64,000 bases of DNA from an uncultured bacterium (GTDB lineage Bacteria; Bacillota; Clostridia; Lachnospirales; Lachnospiraceae): assembly GCA_947088515.1 (NCBI GenBank), contig CAMUHA010000001.1, forward strand, positions 2,300-66,299, written 5' to 3'. Below the pieces are notes generated by a model. That model saw only the letters and a list, made by a program, of their open reading frames with translations, did not search any database and was not told where the DNA came from. Each line of letters opens with the position of its first letter. Position 1 is the stretch's first letter. The position numbers and the translations under genes are program-made. Below, piece by piece: positions 36,278-47,326 of the stretch.

Positions 36278-36817
36278 ATGAAAACAGAAGAAGAGGAAGT
36301 TTTTTCTATGGAAGGGCAGGACATTTATCTGCGTCTGATGACGGAGGAAGATACAGACAATATTATTAAGTGGCGCAATACAGATTTTGTGCGCCGGAAT
36401 TTTATTTATCAGAAGCCTTTTACCAGGCAGGGCCATGAAAACTGGATAGAAACCATGATAAAAGCAGGAAAAGCTGTCCAGTTTATTATTTGCAGGAAAT
36501 CGGATGATGAGCCGGTGGGAAGTGTTTATCTAAGGGATATTGACAGAACCCACAAGAAGGCAGAATATGGGATTTTTATTGGTGAAAAGGAAGCGTTGGG
36601 AAAGGGGTATGGAACCCAGGCGGCAAAACTGATGATAGACTATGCTTTTCATAAGGCAGGGCTTCATAAATTGATGCTGCGTGTTCTGGCAGAGAATGGA
36701 CAGGCAAGGAGAAGTTACGAGAAAGCGGGATTTGTGGAAGAAGCCTATTTAAAGGACGAAGTGCTTCTGGAGGGTGGCTTTAAGGATGTTGTTTTTATGG
36801 CGGTAATTGGGAAGTAA
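36278..36817 (+). CDS. GNAT N-acetyltransferase (RimJ/PseH-like; candidate amino-sugar acetyltransferase)
   Basis: WRN, AEYGIFIGE...GKGYG and N.QARRSYEKAGF motifs. Confidence 0.85.
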   Translation: MKTEEEEVFSMEGQDIYLRLMTEEDTDNIIKWRNTDFVRRNFIYQKPFTRQGHENWIETMIKAGKAVQFIICRKSDDEPVGSVYLRDIDRTHKKAEYGIFIGEKEALGKGYGTQAAKLMIDYAFHKAGLHKLMLRVLAENGQARRSYEKAGFVEEAYLKDEVLLEGGFKDVVFMAVIGK

Positions 36818-37002
36818 AATATATTTTCTTATTGTTTTGATGACAGATTCTCAAAAGGAGTGTACAAATTTGGGAGGGAACAAAAAAGCTTCCTGTGGGC
36901 ATTGAAGATTTTGCCAAAATCCGTACAGAGGGATTTTGTTATGTGGATTTGCAAGTCAGATGCTGTAAGATGAGGCTTTATAATAGAAAGAGAGGTTTTT
37001 GT

Positions 37003-37965
37003 TTGAAAACATTAATTAGCTTTGTAATTCCCTGTTACCGTTCCCAGGCAACGCTTCCTGGTGTGATAGAGGAAATCCGGGAGATGATGGGGAAAATGGA
37101 AAACTATGCCTATGAGGTAGTTTTGATAAATGACTGCTCTCCGGATGGGACGTTTGAAACCATTAAACAGCTGTGCAGGGAATATGACAATATTACAGGG
37201 ATAAATCTGGCAAAGAATTTTGGACAGCACAGCGCACTTATGGCAGGATTCCGCCATGTGAAGGGGGATATCGTTATTTGTCTGGATGATGATGGGCAGA
37301 CGCCTGCAGATGAGGCAGACAAGTTAATTTCCGGGATTTTGCAGGGGGCGGATGTGGTGTATGCCAAATATGGGGAGAAACACCATTCGGGTTTCCGCAA
37401 CTGGGGAAGCCATGTGAATGAGGTTATGACCCGTATTATGCTGGATAAACCAAAGGATTTATATATTTCCAGCTATTTTGCCGCAAGAAAATTTGTGGTG
37501 GAGGAAATGACACGGTATGAATATGCCTTTCCTTATGTGATAGGGCTTGTGCTTAGAAGTACCAAAAATATTATTAATGTGGAGGTAACGCACAGGGACA
37601 GGCAGGCAGGGGCATCTGGTTATACTCTGGGAAAGCTATTGGCTTTATGGTTTAACGGCTTTACAGCTTTTAGTGTAAAGCCCTTAAGAATTGCAACGGT
37701 GGCTGGGGCAGGCTGTGCGGCGCTGGGATTTTTGTATGGGATTTATACGATTATCAAAAAGATATTTTTTAATCCGCCTGGTCTGGTAACAGGCTTTAGC
37801 GCGCTGATGGCAGTGCTGGTATTTATGGGCGGAATGCTGATGCTGATGATGGGGCTTGTAGGGGAATATATGGGAAGAATGTATATTTCCATGAACAATT
37901 CGCCCCAGTATGTAATACGGGAAATTGCAGGGAATGACGTTCATGAAGAAGATGGCGGAGATTAA
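37003..37965 (+). CDS. GT2 undecaprenyl-phosphate glycosyltransferase (GtrB/ArnC-like)
   Basis: VIPCY, INDCSPD, KNFGQHSA and LDDDGQ motifs, two C-terminal TMs and GEYMGR; TTG start after GAGG. Confidence 0.88.
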   Translation: MKTLISFVIPCYRSQATLPGVIEEIREMMGKMENYAYEVVLINDCSPDGTFETIKQLCREYDNITGINLAKNFGQHSALMAGFRHVKGDIVICLDDDGQTPADEADKLISGILQGADVVYAKYGEKHHSGFRNWGSHVNEVMTRIMLDKPKDLYISSYFAARKFVVEEMTRYEYAFPYVIGLVLRSTKNIINVEVTHRDRQAGASGYTLGKLLALWFNGFTAFSVKPLRIATVAGAGCAALGFLYGIYTIIKKIFFNPPGLVTGFSALMAVLVFMGGMLMLMMGLVGEYMGRMYISMNNSPQYVIREIAGNDVHEEDGGD

Positions 37966-39841
37966 AGAAAAAATTTTGGCGGCGGTGATTTCTTTTGGCG
38001 GTGTCTGGGCATTTCCAAGGATGCTTTCAATAGAAGAGGCGTGGATTGGATATACTAACAGTATTGTCTCTGTATTTTTGTTTGCTTTTCTGTTTTGGGG
38101 AATCAATGGAATTTGGAAGAGAGGATTTGAGGGAAAGATTAGCAGGTGGGTTTTGCCGGGTGGCTTTGGGGTTCTGTTCTCAGCCTGTATGGTTTTTGGT
38201 GCGCAGCTGGATGGGAAGGAAAGTATTTCTTTTCAGGATAAAGAAATGTGGCTTGGCATACTGGCGCTTTCTGTGAATTTTACTTTGCTGGTAAGGTTTC
38301 TTTGGGACAGAATGTGGGAAGCAGGAAGGAAAAATAGAGACAAATGCACGACGGGAGAGAGCAGCTACTTTAAAGATGTGCATGAAATTTGCAGTAAAAA
38401 GATGTTTCCAGGAAGTTTGCTTAAAAGGGCAGGAATTATTTTTCTATGTTATCTTCCTGTATTTTGGGCAGTTTATCCCGGTTTTTTTGTTTATGATGCT
38501 CAGGATGAGTATCTGCAGGTTTTGACAAGAAACTTTTCCACTCACCATCCCCTCGTACATGTGCTTTTACTGGGAGGCATTGTACATCTTTTTTATAAGC
38601 TCACTGGTTCTTATAATATTGGAATTGCATGTTATACATTGCTGCAAATGACAGTGATGTCACTTATTTTTGCCTGGTGTGTGGAAAAGCTAAAACACAG
38701 GGGAATGGGGAAAGCGGGCCGGGCCTTACTTACTTTGTATTTTGGCGTTTGCCCGGTGCTTGTGATGTTTTCCTTATGCAGCGCCAAGGATGGGCTTTTT
38801 ACGGGAATGTTGCTTATAATGGTAGCGCTTTTGCAGGAGCTTTGGAAAGAACCTGACGTTTTTTGGGGGAAGAGGCATAGTGTTTTTCTGTTAACGGCAG
38901 CCTCTCTAATGATGATGCTGCTCCGGCATAATGGTTTTTATGCGTTTCTTGTTTTTGGACTTATCAGTATAGTTTCTCTTTGTCAGTTTAAAGGGGGAAA
39001 AGACGGGGAGGAATCTTTAAAAGAGGAAAAAAATAAGGGGGTGGGAGGCAATATCAGCTTTCCGGTAAAACCAGTATTGTATTTTGCGGGAGTGACGGCA
39101 TTATATCTGCTGGTAAATTCTTTTCTTACGGGAGTTTTCCATGCGGATTCTTCCGAAAACCAGGAAATCCTGACGGTTCCCATTTCCCAGATGGCAAGGG
39201 TTTACAAAGATGAAAAGGATAAATTGCCCCAAGAAGAGAGGATGCTGGTGCAAAGGTACCTGCCGGAGGGCGCACTCTTAAAATATATGCCAAAGGTGTC
39301 AGATGGTGTTAAAATTCAATTTAACAATGAAGCTTTTGAGGAAAACAAGGCCGGTTTTTTTAAACTTTGGGTAAAGTGGGGAGTCAAACATCCTTTCACA
39401 TATCTGAATGCCTGGTTTATGACTTCTTATGGCTTCTGGTACCCGGATACGGTAATTGATGTATACCGGGGAAACTCGGTTTTTACTTTTACCTATGGGG
39501 ACAGCTCCTATTTTGGTTATGAGGTGGAAGAGCCGGGGACGAGGGAGAGCCGGATTCCCTGGCTGAATGAGCTGTACCGGAAAATGTCTCTGGAAATTTT
39601 CCAGCAGAAGATTCCGGTGGTTTCTATGCTGTTTTCCCCAGGCTTTTTATTCTGGGTAACGGCTTTTTTGCTTGGTTTTTTGTGCTATCAGGGCAGAAGA
39701 AGGAGTGTAATGCCCTTTTTGCTGCCGGCCCTTTGCTGGCTTACCGTAATTCTGGGACCCACCTATCTGGTCCGGTATGTGGTGTTTTTGTGGGCTCTGC
39801 TCCCCCTTCTTTTGTGGGAAGTTTTCAAAGCCTGGAAGTAA
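37943..39841 (+). CDS. Polytopic membrane protein (DUF6020-like / GT-C candidate)
   Basis: YPGFFVYDA..EY, HHPLVH, KDGLF, RHNG and C-terminal RY motifs. Confidence 0.6.
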   Translation: MKKMAEIKEKILAAVISFGGVWAFPRMLSIEEAWIGYTNSIVSVFLFAFLFWGINGIWKRGFEGKISRWVLPGGFGVLFSACMVFGAQLDGKESISFQDKEMWLGILALSVNFTLLVRFLWDRMWEAGRKNRDKCTTGESSYFKDVHEICSKKMFPGSLLKRAGIIFLCYLPVFWAVYPGFFVYDAQDEYLQVLTRNFSTHHPLVHVLLLGGIVHLFYKLTGSYNIGIACYTLLQMTVMSLIFAWCVEKLKHRGMGKAGRALLTLYFGVCPVLVMFSLCSAKDGLFTGMLLIMVALLQELWKEPDVFWGKRHSVFLLTAASLMMMLLRHNGFYAFLVFGLISIVSLCQFKGGKDGEESLKEEKNKGVGGNISFPVKPVLYFAGVTALYLLVNSFLTGVFHADSSENQEILTVPISQMARVYKDEKDKLPQEERMLVQRYLPEGALLKYMPKVSDGVKIQFNNEAFEENKAGFFKLWVKWGVKHPFTYLNAWFMTSYGFWYPDTVIDVYRGNSVFTFTYGDSSYFGYEVEEPGTRESRIPWLNELYRKMSLEIFQQKIPVVSMLFSPGFLFWVTAFLLGFLCYQGRRRSVMPFLLPALCWLTVILGPTYLVRYVVFLWALLPLLLWEVFKAWK

Positions 39842-40033
39842 ACCTCCAAACGCTCTGACGGTGCAGCGCTGAAGGTATACGCAGTATGCGGGGCATAAAG
39901 ATGAAAAATTTGATAAATAATTGCATTTGTGATATACTACCAGTGCATAATTTGACTATTTTTGGAAATAAACGGCATGGTATGCAGGGGTATAAGTTTG
40001 GAACGCAGGCATAGCTTACGGTATGCGGGGGGA
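39833..40033 (+). repeat. Family 2 repeat fragments flanking a promoter
   Basis: tggaagtaaacctccaaacgc (39833-39853) identical to 36205-36225; cgcaggc-ata-gcttacg-gtatgcggggggag at 40004-40033. Confidence 0.7.
39910..39938 (+). promoter_or_regulatory. Putative sigmaA promoter with extended -10 for the downstream glycan operon
   Basis: TTGATA-17 bp-TATACT preceded by TG. Confidence 0.65.
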
Positions 40034-40038
40034 GAAGG

Positions 40039-42552
40039 ATGAGAAAGAAAATTTCTGTAAGCAAAGCAATACAGGCAGTGATAGCAATAGTGGCATTTTG
40101 TCTTCTGATATCTATCTGGCCGCTTGGATTATGGCATGAGAGGGCGGTTATATCTGTTCCGCCCCAGACAGGAATGATGACAGAAGTAATTGACGGGGAA
40201 AAAACAGCGCTCCAGACCATTGCCGTCCAGTTTGGCCATATAGATACCATCAGTGTTTATCTGGGAGAAGGGTGCGTGGGAGAAAGTTTTTTTCTGCGGA
40301 TACTGGATGATAAATGGCAGCCGGTATGTGAAGAGAGAGTTGTTATTGATTATGACAATGTGCCGGGGTTTCAGGAGGCGGTTGTTGATATTGATGCGGA
40401 AGTGGACAAAGTGTACTATGTGATTTTACAGGGAGATGATTCGGAAATTTTTGCAGGCTGTGAGTATATTTCCGACATGCCCTATATGGGAACCTTGTAT
40501 TATGCAGATTCTTCTTTGGACAGCAGAAGCCTTGTGGCTGACTATAATTACAGCATTCCGCTTAGAAAATCAAGGGCGCTCCTTTATGGGCTTCTGATTA
40601 TAGGAATAGGGGCGCTTCTGGAAGCGGCTGTGTATTTCTTATTTAAAAACAGGAATGATAAGCAGGTAAGAGTAGAAAAAGTATTTAAGACAGTGATGAA
40701 TCCTTTGATAGGGGCTGGCACAATTGTGTGTCTGGGCGCCGTTCTTATGGGGGTATGCGGCAGATATCTTCTGGATAATACCGTGTATTTTGTGAGCGCT
40801 CTTTTACTTGCCGGGATTTTACTATATGGAGTTAACCACAGCAGAAAAGGGCAGCGTCCGGTGATAACACTGGATTACCTGAAAAGCCATATAGGGGATT
40901 TGGTTCAGTCTGTGGCTATTGCAGGGGCCATATATGGATGCTGTGAATACATGAGCGGGCTATATGACGTTCATCATTTGGTGGCAGAACGCAAAGAAAT
41001 GTTCTGGTTTGCCATTGCCATTATCGCAATGTTTAAGTGGAAGGAAATTGCTAATGTATACAATCTGGTTTACCTGATTGGGGCAGGGGCTTATGGCGCC
41101 TACTATTACCGTTCCCATCTCACGGAAGGGATGGAGGACCTTGCGGCAGAAGCGCTTAAGCTTACTGTGTTGGTTGCCGTTTTACTTGGACTGGTGGTTA
41201 TCCGTACAGTGATTGCCTTATGCAGGAAGAAGCTGGCAAGGCCCTGTTGGTGGTATGCAGGTATTTTAGCGTTGTTTTTTGCCATGATTATTATTTTCAG
41301 GAATGGAAGATGGTGGGGAGTGGCAATGGTGAGCGCATTTGGCCTGTTTTACTTAAACTATGGTATGTGGGACCATAAAGAGAGGATACTAGTAAACATT
41401 GCAAGGGGTGTGGTTTTCCAGTTTGCCGCATCCACCGGCTATGCGTTGTTGCATCGGCTTTATGTGTCTTACCGCAATGCAAGATACACCCATATTTTCC
41501 ACACAGTAACTATCACCGCGGCTTATCTTACTATGGTGGAGTGTGTGGCTATGGTGATTGTTCTTAGTAAGCTGGCAAAAGGGCGTAAGCTAAAAGACTG
41601 TTGGAAAGAACTGACGCTTTTTGGAGTAGTGTCATCCTATATGATTTTTACTATGTCAAGAACTGCCTATTTTGCAGTGGGAATTACACTTGTATTTTCC
41701 CTGGTCCTTATGTCGGCAGGAAGAAAAGGGAGAAGGATACAGAATGTGGGAAGAAGCTTTGGAACGCTGAGTGCGGCGGTTTTAATCTGTCTGCCTGTAA
41801 CTTTCAGCCTCCAGCGAAATCTGCCTGCGCTTGTCAGCGACCCTTTTTTATATGAAATTGAATATTCCCTTTATTGCCCGGATGATGTAATGCGGGGAAG
41901 AAAGCTGGATTCCCCCAACTTTATGAGGGTTGGGCGTTTTATAGATGTATTTGGTGAAAAGATTCTGGGCATACCGGAAGGAACTTTCGATGTTTATGGA
42001 GAAATTGCAGAGTATGAAAGAACCCATGTAAATGGAATAGAAATAAAAGATTCTGCAAAAGCAGGTTTTAGCAGGAAAGAGGAAACAAATCCGGCAGTTA
42101 CAAAAGACGGGCTTTTAGTGGCTTCAGCAGATTATGTGCCAGAGGGCGTGCCGGCAGAGGCTGTAAAGGAGAATGACTTCAGTAATGGCCGTCTGGATAT
42201 TTTCAAGTCTTATATTGAACAGCTGAATATGACCGGGCATGAGGAAATGGGCGCGATTCTTAAGGATGGAGAGAGAGCAACCCATGCCCACAATATCTAT
42301 CTCCAGCTGGCATATGACCATGGGATTCCCACAGGAGTTGTTTTTGTTCTCACAGGAATTGCTACTTTTGTGGCTGCTTATATGTATTATAATAAGAAAA
42401 GGGATAAAATAACTTATGCGGCGCTGCCTGTTGTGACATGTGCAGCAATGGCGGTGGCAGGCATGGTTGAGTGGGTTTTTCATGTAAGCAACCCTTTTGG
42501 ATTTCTGCTGATGCTGGTAATTACGCCGCTTGTATTTGCGAATGAAGGTTAG
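40039..42552 (+). CDS. Large membrane protein with C-terminal O-antigen ligase (Wzy_C)-like domain
   Basis: TMSRTA, SNGRLDIF and HAHNIYLQLAYDHGIP motifs; many TMs plus an N-terminal extracellular domain. Confidence 0.75.
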   Translation: MRKKISVSKAIQAVIAIVAFCLLISIWPLGLWHERAVISVPPQTGMMTEVIDGEKTALQTIAVQFGHIDTISVYLGEGCVGESFFLRILDDKWQPVCEERVVIDYDNVPGFQEAVVDIDAEVDKVYYVILQGDDSEIFAGCEYISDMPYMGTLYYADSSLDSRSLVADYNYSIPLRKSRALLYGLLIIGIGALLEAAVYFLFKNRNDKQVRVEKVFKTVMNPLIGAGTIVCLGAVLMGVCGRYLLDNTVYFVSALLLAGILLYGVNHSRKGQRPVITLDYLKSHIGDLVQSVAIAGAIYGCCEYMSGLYDVHHLVAERKEMFWFAIAIIAMFKWKEIANVYNLVYLIGAGAYGAYYYRSHLTEGMEDLAAEALKLTVLVAVLLGLVVIRTVIALCRKKLARPCWWYAGILALFFAMIIIFRNGRWWGVAMVSAFGLFYLNYGMWDHKERILVNIARGVVFQFAASTGYALLHRLYVSYRNARYTHIFHTVTITAAYLTMVECVAMVIVLSKLAKGRKLKDCWKELTLFGVVSSYMIFTMSRTAYFAVGITLVFSLVLMSAGRKGRRIQNVGRSFGTLSAAVLICLPVTFSLQRNLPALVSDPFLYEIEYSLYCPDDVMRGRKLDSPNFMRVGRFIDVFGEKILGIPEGTFDVYGEIAEYERTHVNGIEIKDSAKAGFSRKEETNPAVTKDGLLVASADYVPEGVPAEAVKENDFSNGRLDIFKSYIEQLNMTGHEEMGAILKDGERATHAHNIYLQLAYDHGIPTGVVFVLTGIATFVAAYMYYNKKRDKITYAALPVVTCAAMAVAGMVEWVFHVSNPFGFLLMLVITPLVFANEG

Positions 42553-42555
42553 GCT

Positions 42556-44445
42556 ATGAGTGAAAAAATAAGAAAAGTGAGAAAACCCTTTAATGTAAAA
42601 CTTCTGTACCGGAGAACCTGTCTGATTATTTATGATATAATCAGTGTGGTGGGAGCAAGCTATTTAGCGCTCCTTATGCGTTATAATTTCGATATATCAG
42701 AGATACCGGAGTATTTTATAACGCCTATTAACAGGTTTCTGGCTGTAAATATTGTAATTACCTTATTTGTGCTGTATTTGTTTAAGATGTATCACAGCCT
42801 TTGGGCTTTTGCAGGGGAAACGGAGCTGCAGAATCTGGTAATGTCAAGTGTGGTTTCGGCAGTCTGCTACAGTGTGGGGCTGCAGTTTTTTAAAGTAACC
42901 GGACAGCAGGCGGTACCAGTGAGCTATTATTTTCTATATGTGTTTATGCTGATTAGTTTTATTTTTGTAAGCCGTTTTTCTTATCGCTTTTTCAGAAGCT
43001 TAAAGCATAAGCAGCAAAATAAAAACAATAGTATTTCTGTTATGGTGATTGGGGCGGGAGAAGCTGCCAATCTGATTATCAAAGAGATTGTAAACAGTAA
43101 TTTTTCCACTATGGTTATCCGGTGTATTATTGACGACGACCCTGGCAAATGGGGAAAATTTATTCAGGGAATTAAGGTGGTCGGAGGCCGGGAGAGAATT
43201 ATTGAATGCGCTGATATCTATGATATTGATGAAATTATTGTGGCCATGCCTTCCATTACAAGGGTTGAAATGTCTGCAATTTTGGATATCTGTAAGGAGA
43301 CAAGCTGTAAACTCCGTTCTCTGCCGGGTATGTATCAGCTGGTAAATGGCGAAGTCAGTGTCAGCAAGCTGCGGGACGTGGAAGTGGAGGACTTACTTGG
43401 CAGAGACCCTATTGAGGTGGACCTGGACTCTATATTAGGCTATGTAAAGGGGCAGAAGGTTATGGTAACAGGAGGGGGAGGTTCTATAGGAAGTGAGCTT
43501 TGCCGACAGATTGCCTCCCATAAGCCCCGGATGCTGATTATTGTGGATATTTATGAAAACAATGCTTATGATGTGCAGCAGGAGCTGCAGGCCAAGTTCC
43601 CGGAGCTTTCCCTTTTGGTATTGATTGCTTCTGTGCGCAATACCAACCGTATGAACTGGATTTTTGAGCGCTATAAGCCTGATATTGTTTATCATGCAGC
43701 TGCCCACAAACATGTGCCCTTAATGGAAGACAGCCCCAATGAAGCGGTTAAAAATAATGTGTTTGGAACATGGAAAACCGCCCAGGCAGCGGCAATGAAT
43801 GGTGTGAAGCGGTTTGTAATGATTTCCACGGACAAGGCGGTAAATCCCACCAACATAATGGGGGCAAGCAAACGGATATGTGAAATGATTATCCAGACTT
43901 TCAATAAACATTATGACACGGAATTTGTGGCAGTGCGTTTTGGAAACGTGCTGGGAAGTAATGGCAGTGTGATTCCTCTTTTCAAAAAACAGATTCTGGC
44001 AGGAGGGCCGGTAACTGTTACTCATCCAGATATTATCCGGTATTTTATGACTATCCCGGAAGCGGTTTCTCTGGTGTTGCAGGCAGGGGCATATGCAAAA
44101 GGCGGGGAAATATTTGTACTGGATATGGGAAAGCCTGTAAAAATCCTTGACCTTGCCAAAAACCTTATCCGTCTTTCCGGCTACCGGGTGGATGAGGACA
44201 TTAAAATTGAGTTTACCGGGCTGCGCCCCGGTGAAAAGCTTTATGAAGAGCTTTTGATGGAGGAAGAGGGAATGACGGAAACGGCAAATAAACTGATTCA
44301 TATTGGGAAACCCATAGAAATAGATGAAATGAAATTTTTTGTGCAGCTGAAGAAATTAAAAGATGCTTCACAAAGTGAAAACGTTGATATAAGACCAATG
44401 ATACAGGAGATTGTTCCCACCTATCATTATAAGAAAACACTGTAA
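42556..44445 (+). CDS. Membrane-anchored UDP-GlcNAc 4,6-dehydratase (PglF/CapD family)
   Basis: Four N-terminal TMs, IGAGEAA, TGGGGSIGSEL, HAAAHKHVP, STDKAVNP, RFGNVLGS and GLRPGEKLYEEL motifs. Confidence 0.93.
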   Translation: MSEKIRKVRKPFNVKLLYRRTCLIIYDIISVVGASYLALLMRYNFDISEIPEYFITPINRFLAVNIVITLFVLYLFKMYHSLWAFAGETELQNLVMSSVVSAVCYSVGLQFFKVTGQQAVPVSYYFLYVFMLISFIFVSRFSYRFFRSLKHKQQNKNNSISVMVIGAGEAANLIIKEIVNSNFSTMVIRCIIDDDPGKWGKFIQGIKVVGGRERIIECADIYDIDEIIVAMPSITRVEMSAILDICKETSCKLRSLPGMYQLVNGEVSVSKLRDVEVEDLLGRDPIEVDLDSILGYVKGQKVMVTGGGGSIGSELCRQIASHKPRMLIIVDIYENNAYDVQQELQAKFPELSLLVLIASVRNTNRMNWIFERYKPDIVYHAAAHKHVPLMEDSPNEAVKNNVFGTWKTAQAAAMNGVKRFVMISTDKAVNPTNIMGASKRICEMIIQTFNKHYDTEFVAVRFGNVLGSNGSVIPLFKKQILAGGPVTVTHPDIIRYFMTIPEAVSLVLQAGAYAKGGEIFVLDMGKPVKILDLAKNLIRLSGYRVDEDIKIEFTGLRPGEKLYEELLMEEEGMTETANKLIHIGKPIEIDEMKFFVQLKKLKDASQSENVDIRPMIQEIVPTYHYKKTL

Positions 44446-44468
44446 AAGGTGTGAGAGGAGTTTTAAGT

Positions 44469-45623
44469 ATGGCAGGTAAAAGAATTTATTTGTCTTCCCC
44501 AACCATGCATGGGGAAGAACAGGCATTTATTAAGGAGGCGTTTGATACAAACTGGGTAGCGCCTCTTGGCCCGAATGTGAATGCCTTTGAAAAAGAAATG
44601 GCGGATTATGTGAAAATTCCATATGCGTCAGCGCTAAGTGCAGGAACGGCGGCAATTCATCTTGCACTTAAGATTCTGGGCGTTGGGCAGGGGGATATTG
44701 TATTTGCCCCTACTCTTACGTTCAGCGCCACCTGTAATCCCATAGCGTATGAAAAGGCAGTTCCGGTGTTTATTGATTCAGAGATGGATACATGGAATAT
44801 GGACCCTGCAGCCCTTGAAAAGGCATTTGAAAAATATCCCAATCCCAAGGCGGTCATTGTGGTGCATTTATATGGAACTCCTGCAAAGCTGGATGAAATT
44901 ATGGAAATCTGCGCTGCCCATCAGGTTCCTCTGATTGAGGACGCGGCAGAGTCTCTGGGAAGTACTTATAAAGGGCAGTACACAGGAACCTTTGGCAGGA
45001 TTGGGATTTATTCATTTAACGGAAACAAAATTATCACCACTTCCGGCGGCGGAATGCTTGTGGCAAGGGAGGAAGATATTACAAAAAAAGCTACATTTCT
45101 GGCAACACAGGCAAGAGATCCGGCAAGGCATTACCAGCATTCCCAGATTGGGTACAATTACCGAATGAGTAATATTACAGCAGGAATTGGCAGAGGGCAG
45201 CTTTTACATTTGGAGGAGCATAAAGCCCGCAAAAAAGAAATTTACAGACAGTACAGGGAAGCTTTTGGGGATATTGCAGAGGTTACTTTAAATCCGTTAA
45301 ATAAAGACGGGGATGCGAACTGCTGGCTGACCGGAATGAAAATAGACAAGTCCTGTGATGTTACGCCGAATATGGTGATGGATGCACTGGAAGAACATAA
45401 CATCGAAACGCGCCCCATATGGAAGCCCATGCACTTACAGCCGGTATTTGCAGACTGTGATTTTATCACGGCAAGTGGAAGCAAGGCACAGGAGGGAGAT
45501 TTGCCCAGCATAGCGGAGGAAGTGTTCGACACAGGCTTATGCCTGCCCAGCGACATCAAAAATACATCGGAAGATATGGAACTGATTATACGTATTATAC
45601 GGAAATGCTTTGGACGTGTGTGA
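44469..45623 (+). CDS. DegT/DnrJ/EryC1/StrS aminotransferase (PglE/EpsN-like)
   Basis: [39 protein letters not shown] and RPIWKPMH motifs. Confidence 0.92.
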   Translation: MAGKRIYLSSPTMHGEEQAFIKEAFDTNWVAPLGPNVNAFEKEMADYVKIPYASALSAGTAAIHLALKILGVGQGDIVFAPTLTFSATCNPIAYEKAVPVFIDSEMDTWNMDPAALEKAFEKYPNPKAVIVVHLYGTPAKLDEIMEICAAHQVPLIEDAAESLGSTYKGQYTGTFGRIGIYSFNGNKIITTSGGGMLVAREEDITKKATFLATQARDPARHYQHSQIGYNYRMSNITAGIGRGQLLHLEEHKARKKEIYRQYREAFGDIAEVTLNPLNKDGDANCWLTGMKIDKSCDVTPNMVMDALEEHNIETRPIWKPMHLQPVFADCDFITASGSKAQEGDLPSIAEEVFDTGLCLPSDIKNTSEDMELIIRIIRKCFGRV

Positions 45624-45672
45624 AAAGAACTTTAACAGTCATTTTTCATCGGCCTGCCGGAAGGAGAGGAAT

Positions 45673-46284
45673 ATGTACAGAAAATACATCAAAAGATTAT
45701 TGGACATTATTATTTCCCTGTGTGGAATCATCTGCCTTTCTCCGGTTTATCTTGCGCTCATAATTTTGATTAAGAAAAAGCTTGGCAGTCCCGTTTTTTT
45801 TACCCAGGACAGGCCGGGCAAGGATGAAAAGATTTTTAAGCTGTATAAATTCCGGTCCATGACAGATGAACGGGATGAAAACGGAAAACTGCTTCCAGAT
45901 GAAAAACGGCTGCCGGCTTTTGGAAAGAAGCTTCGAAGCACCAGTCTGGATGAACTGCCGGAGCTTTTCAATATCCTGAAGGGGGAAATGAGCATTGTGG
46001 GTCCAAGACCCCTTTTAATAAAGTATCTGCCCCTTTATAATGAATTCCAGAAGCACAGACATGACGTAAAACCGGGGCTTACAGGATTAGCCCAGATAAA
46101 TGGACGCAATGCCATTACCTGGGAGAAAAAGTTTGAGTATGATGTGGAATATGTCAACAATCTCACCTTTTTGCTGGATATGAAAATTTTTCTGGGCACA
46201 GTAAAGGCGGTGCTGAAAAGAGAAGGCATCAGCAGCGGGACAGATGCAACGATGGAGGCGTTTACGGGTACGCCTGAAAAGTAG
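45673..46284 (+). CDS. Initiating undecaprenyl-phosphate sugar-phosphotransferase (PglC/EpsL-like)
   Basis: [27 protein letters not shown] and PGLTGLAQ motifs. Confidence 0.92.
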   Translation: MYRKYIKRLLDIIISLCGIICLSPVYLALIILIKKKLGSPVFFTQDRPGKDEKIFKLYKFRSMTDERDENGKLLPDEKRLPAFGKKLRSTSLDELPELFNILKGEMSIVGPRPLLIKYLPLYNEFQKHRHDVKPGLTGLAQINGRNAITWEKKFEYDVEYVNNLTFLLDMKIFLGTVKAVLKREGISSGTDATMEAFTGTPEK

Positions 46285-46312
46285 GATATGTTAAAAGGAG
46301 TAGGAGGTCAGC

Positions 46313-47305
46313 ATGAATATATTATTTTGCAGTGTGGGGAGAAGATGTGAATTGCTAAAAGATTTCCGCAAATCTATGGGAGATGAACTTAAAATTGTGG
46401 TAACAGACCACAGTGAAGTGGCTCCTGCCATGGCTTTTGCGGACAAGGCATATAAGGTTCCCTTAATTCATGACCCGGAATATATTTCTGTAATACTTTC
46501 TATCTGTAAAAAAGAGGAAATTAATGCAGTAACAACTTTAATTGACCCGGAAATCATGCTTCTTGCACAAAACAGAGAGGCATTTGAAAAGCTGGGAATT
46601 ATTGTGCTTGCCCCTTATGAGGAAACGGCACACAGGTGCTTTGATAAATATGAAATGTACCAGTTCCTCACCAAACATCAGATAAATACCATTAAAACCT
46701 TTGGCTCCTATGAAGAATTTCTGGATGCTTACCAGAAAAAAGAAATTGCACTGCCTGTTTTTGTAAAACCCAGAACAGGCAGCGGAAGTGTGGGAGCAAG
46801 AAAGGTAGAGAACCTGGAACTTCTCCGGCAGGTAACGGAGGCGGATGAAAGCCTTATTATACAGGAACTTATGACCGGTCTGGACTTGGATGCAGATGTG
46901 TATGTGGATACCATAAGCCATAAACCGGTCGCCATGTTTTCAAAGCGCAAGCTTTCCACAACAATTGGGGGCGCGAATAAAACAATTTCCTTTAAAGATG
47001 AGGCGTTGTTTGAATTTATAAAAAAGGCGCTGTCAGTTATGGAATTTAGCGGGCCTCTTGATATGGATTTCTTTTATCAGGATGGCCGGTATTATCTCTC
47101 AGAAATCAACCCCCGGTTTGGAGGCGCCTATCTTCATGCTTACGGGGCAGGTGTGGACTTTGTGAAGCTGATTGCAGAGAATGTGAAGGGAAATATAAAT
47201 GAAGAAAATATTGGAAATTATGAAGAAGATGTGGTTATGATGATGTACGACAGTGTTGTAATAAAGAAAAAGAGTGATATTGATGCGTCTGTTGCAGAGG
47301 TATAA
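46313..47305 (+). CDS. ATP-grasp domain protein
   Basis: CFDKY, VFVKPRTGSGS, IIQE and LSEINPRFGG motifs. Confidence 0.88.
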   Translation: MNILFCSVGRRCELLKDFRKSMGDELKIVVTDHSEVAPAMAFADKAYKVPLIHDPEYISVILSICKKEEINAVTTLIDPEIMLLAQNREAFEKLGIIVLAPYEETAHRCFDKYEMYQFLTKHQINTIKTFGSYEEFLDAYQKKEIALPVFVKPRTGSGSVGARKVENLELLRQVTEADESLIIQELMTGLDLDADVYVDTISHKPVAMFSKRKLSTTIGGANKTISFKDEALFEFIKKALSVMEFSGPLDMDFFYQDGRYYLSEINPRFGGAYLHAYGAGVDFVKLIAENVKGNINEENIGNYEEDVVMMMYDSVVIKKKSDIDASVAEV

Positions 47306-47326
47306 GTTTGGAGATGGAGGATTATT

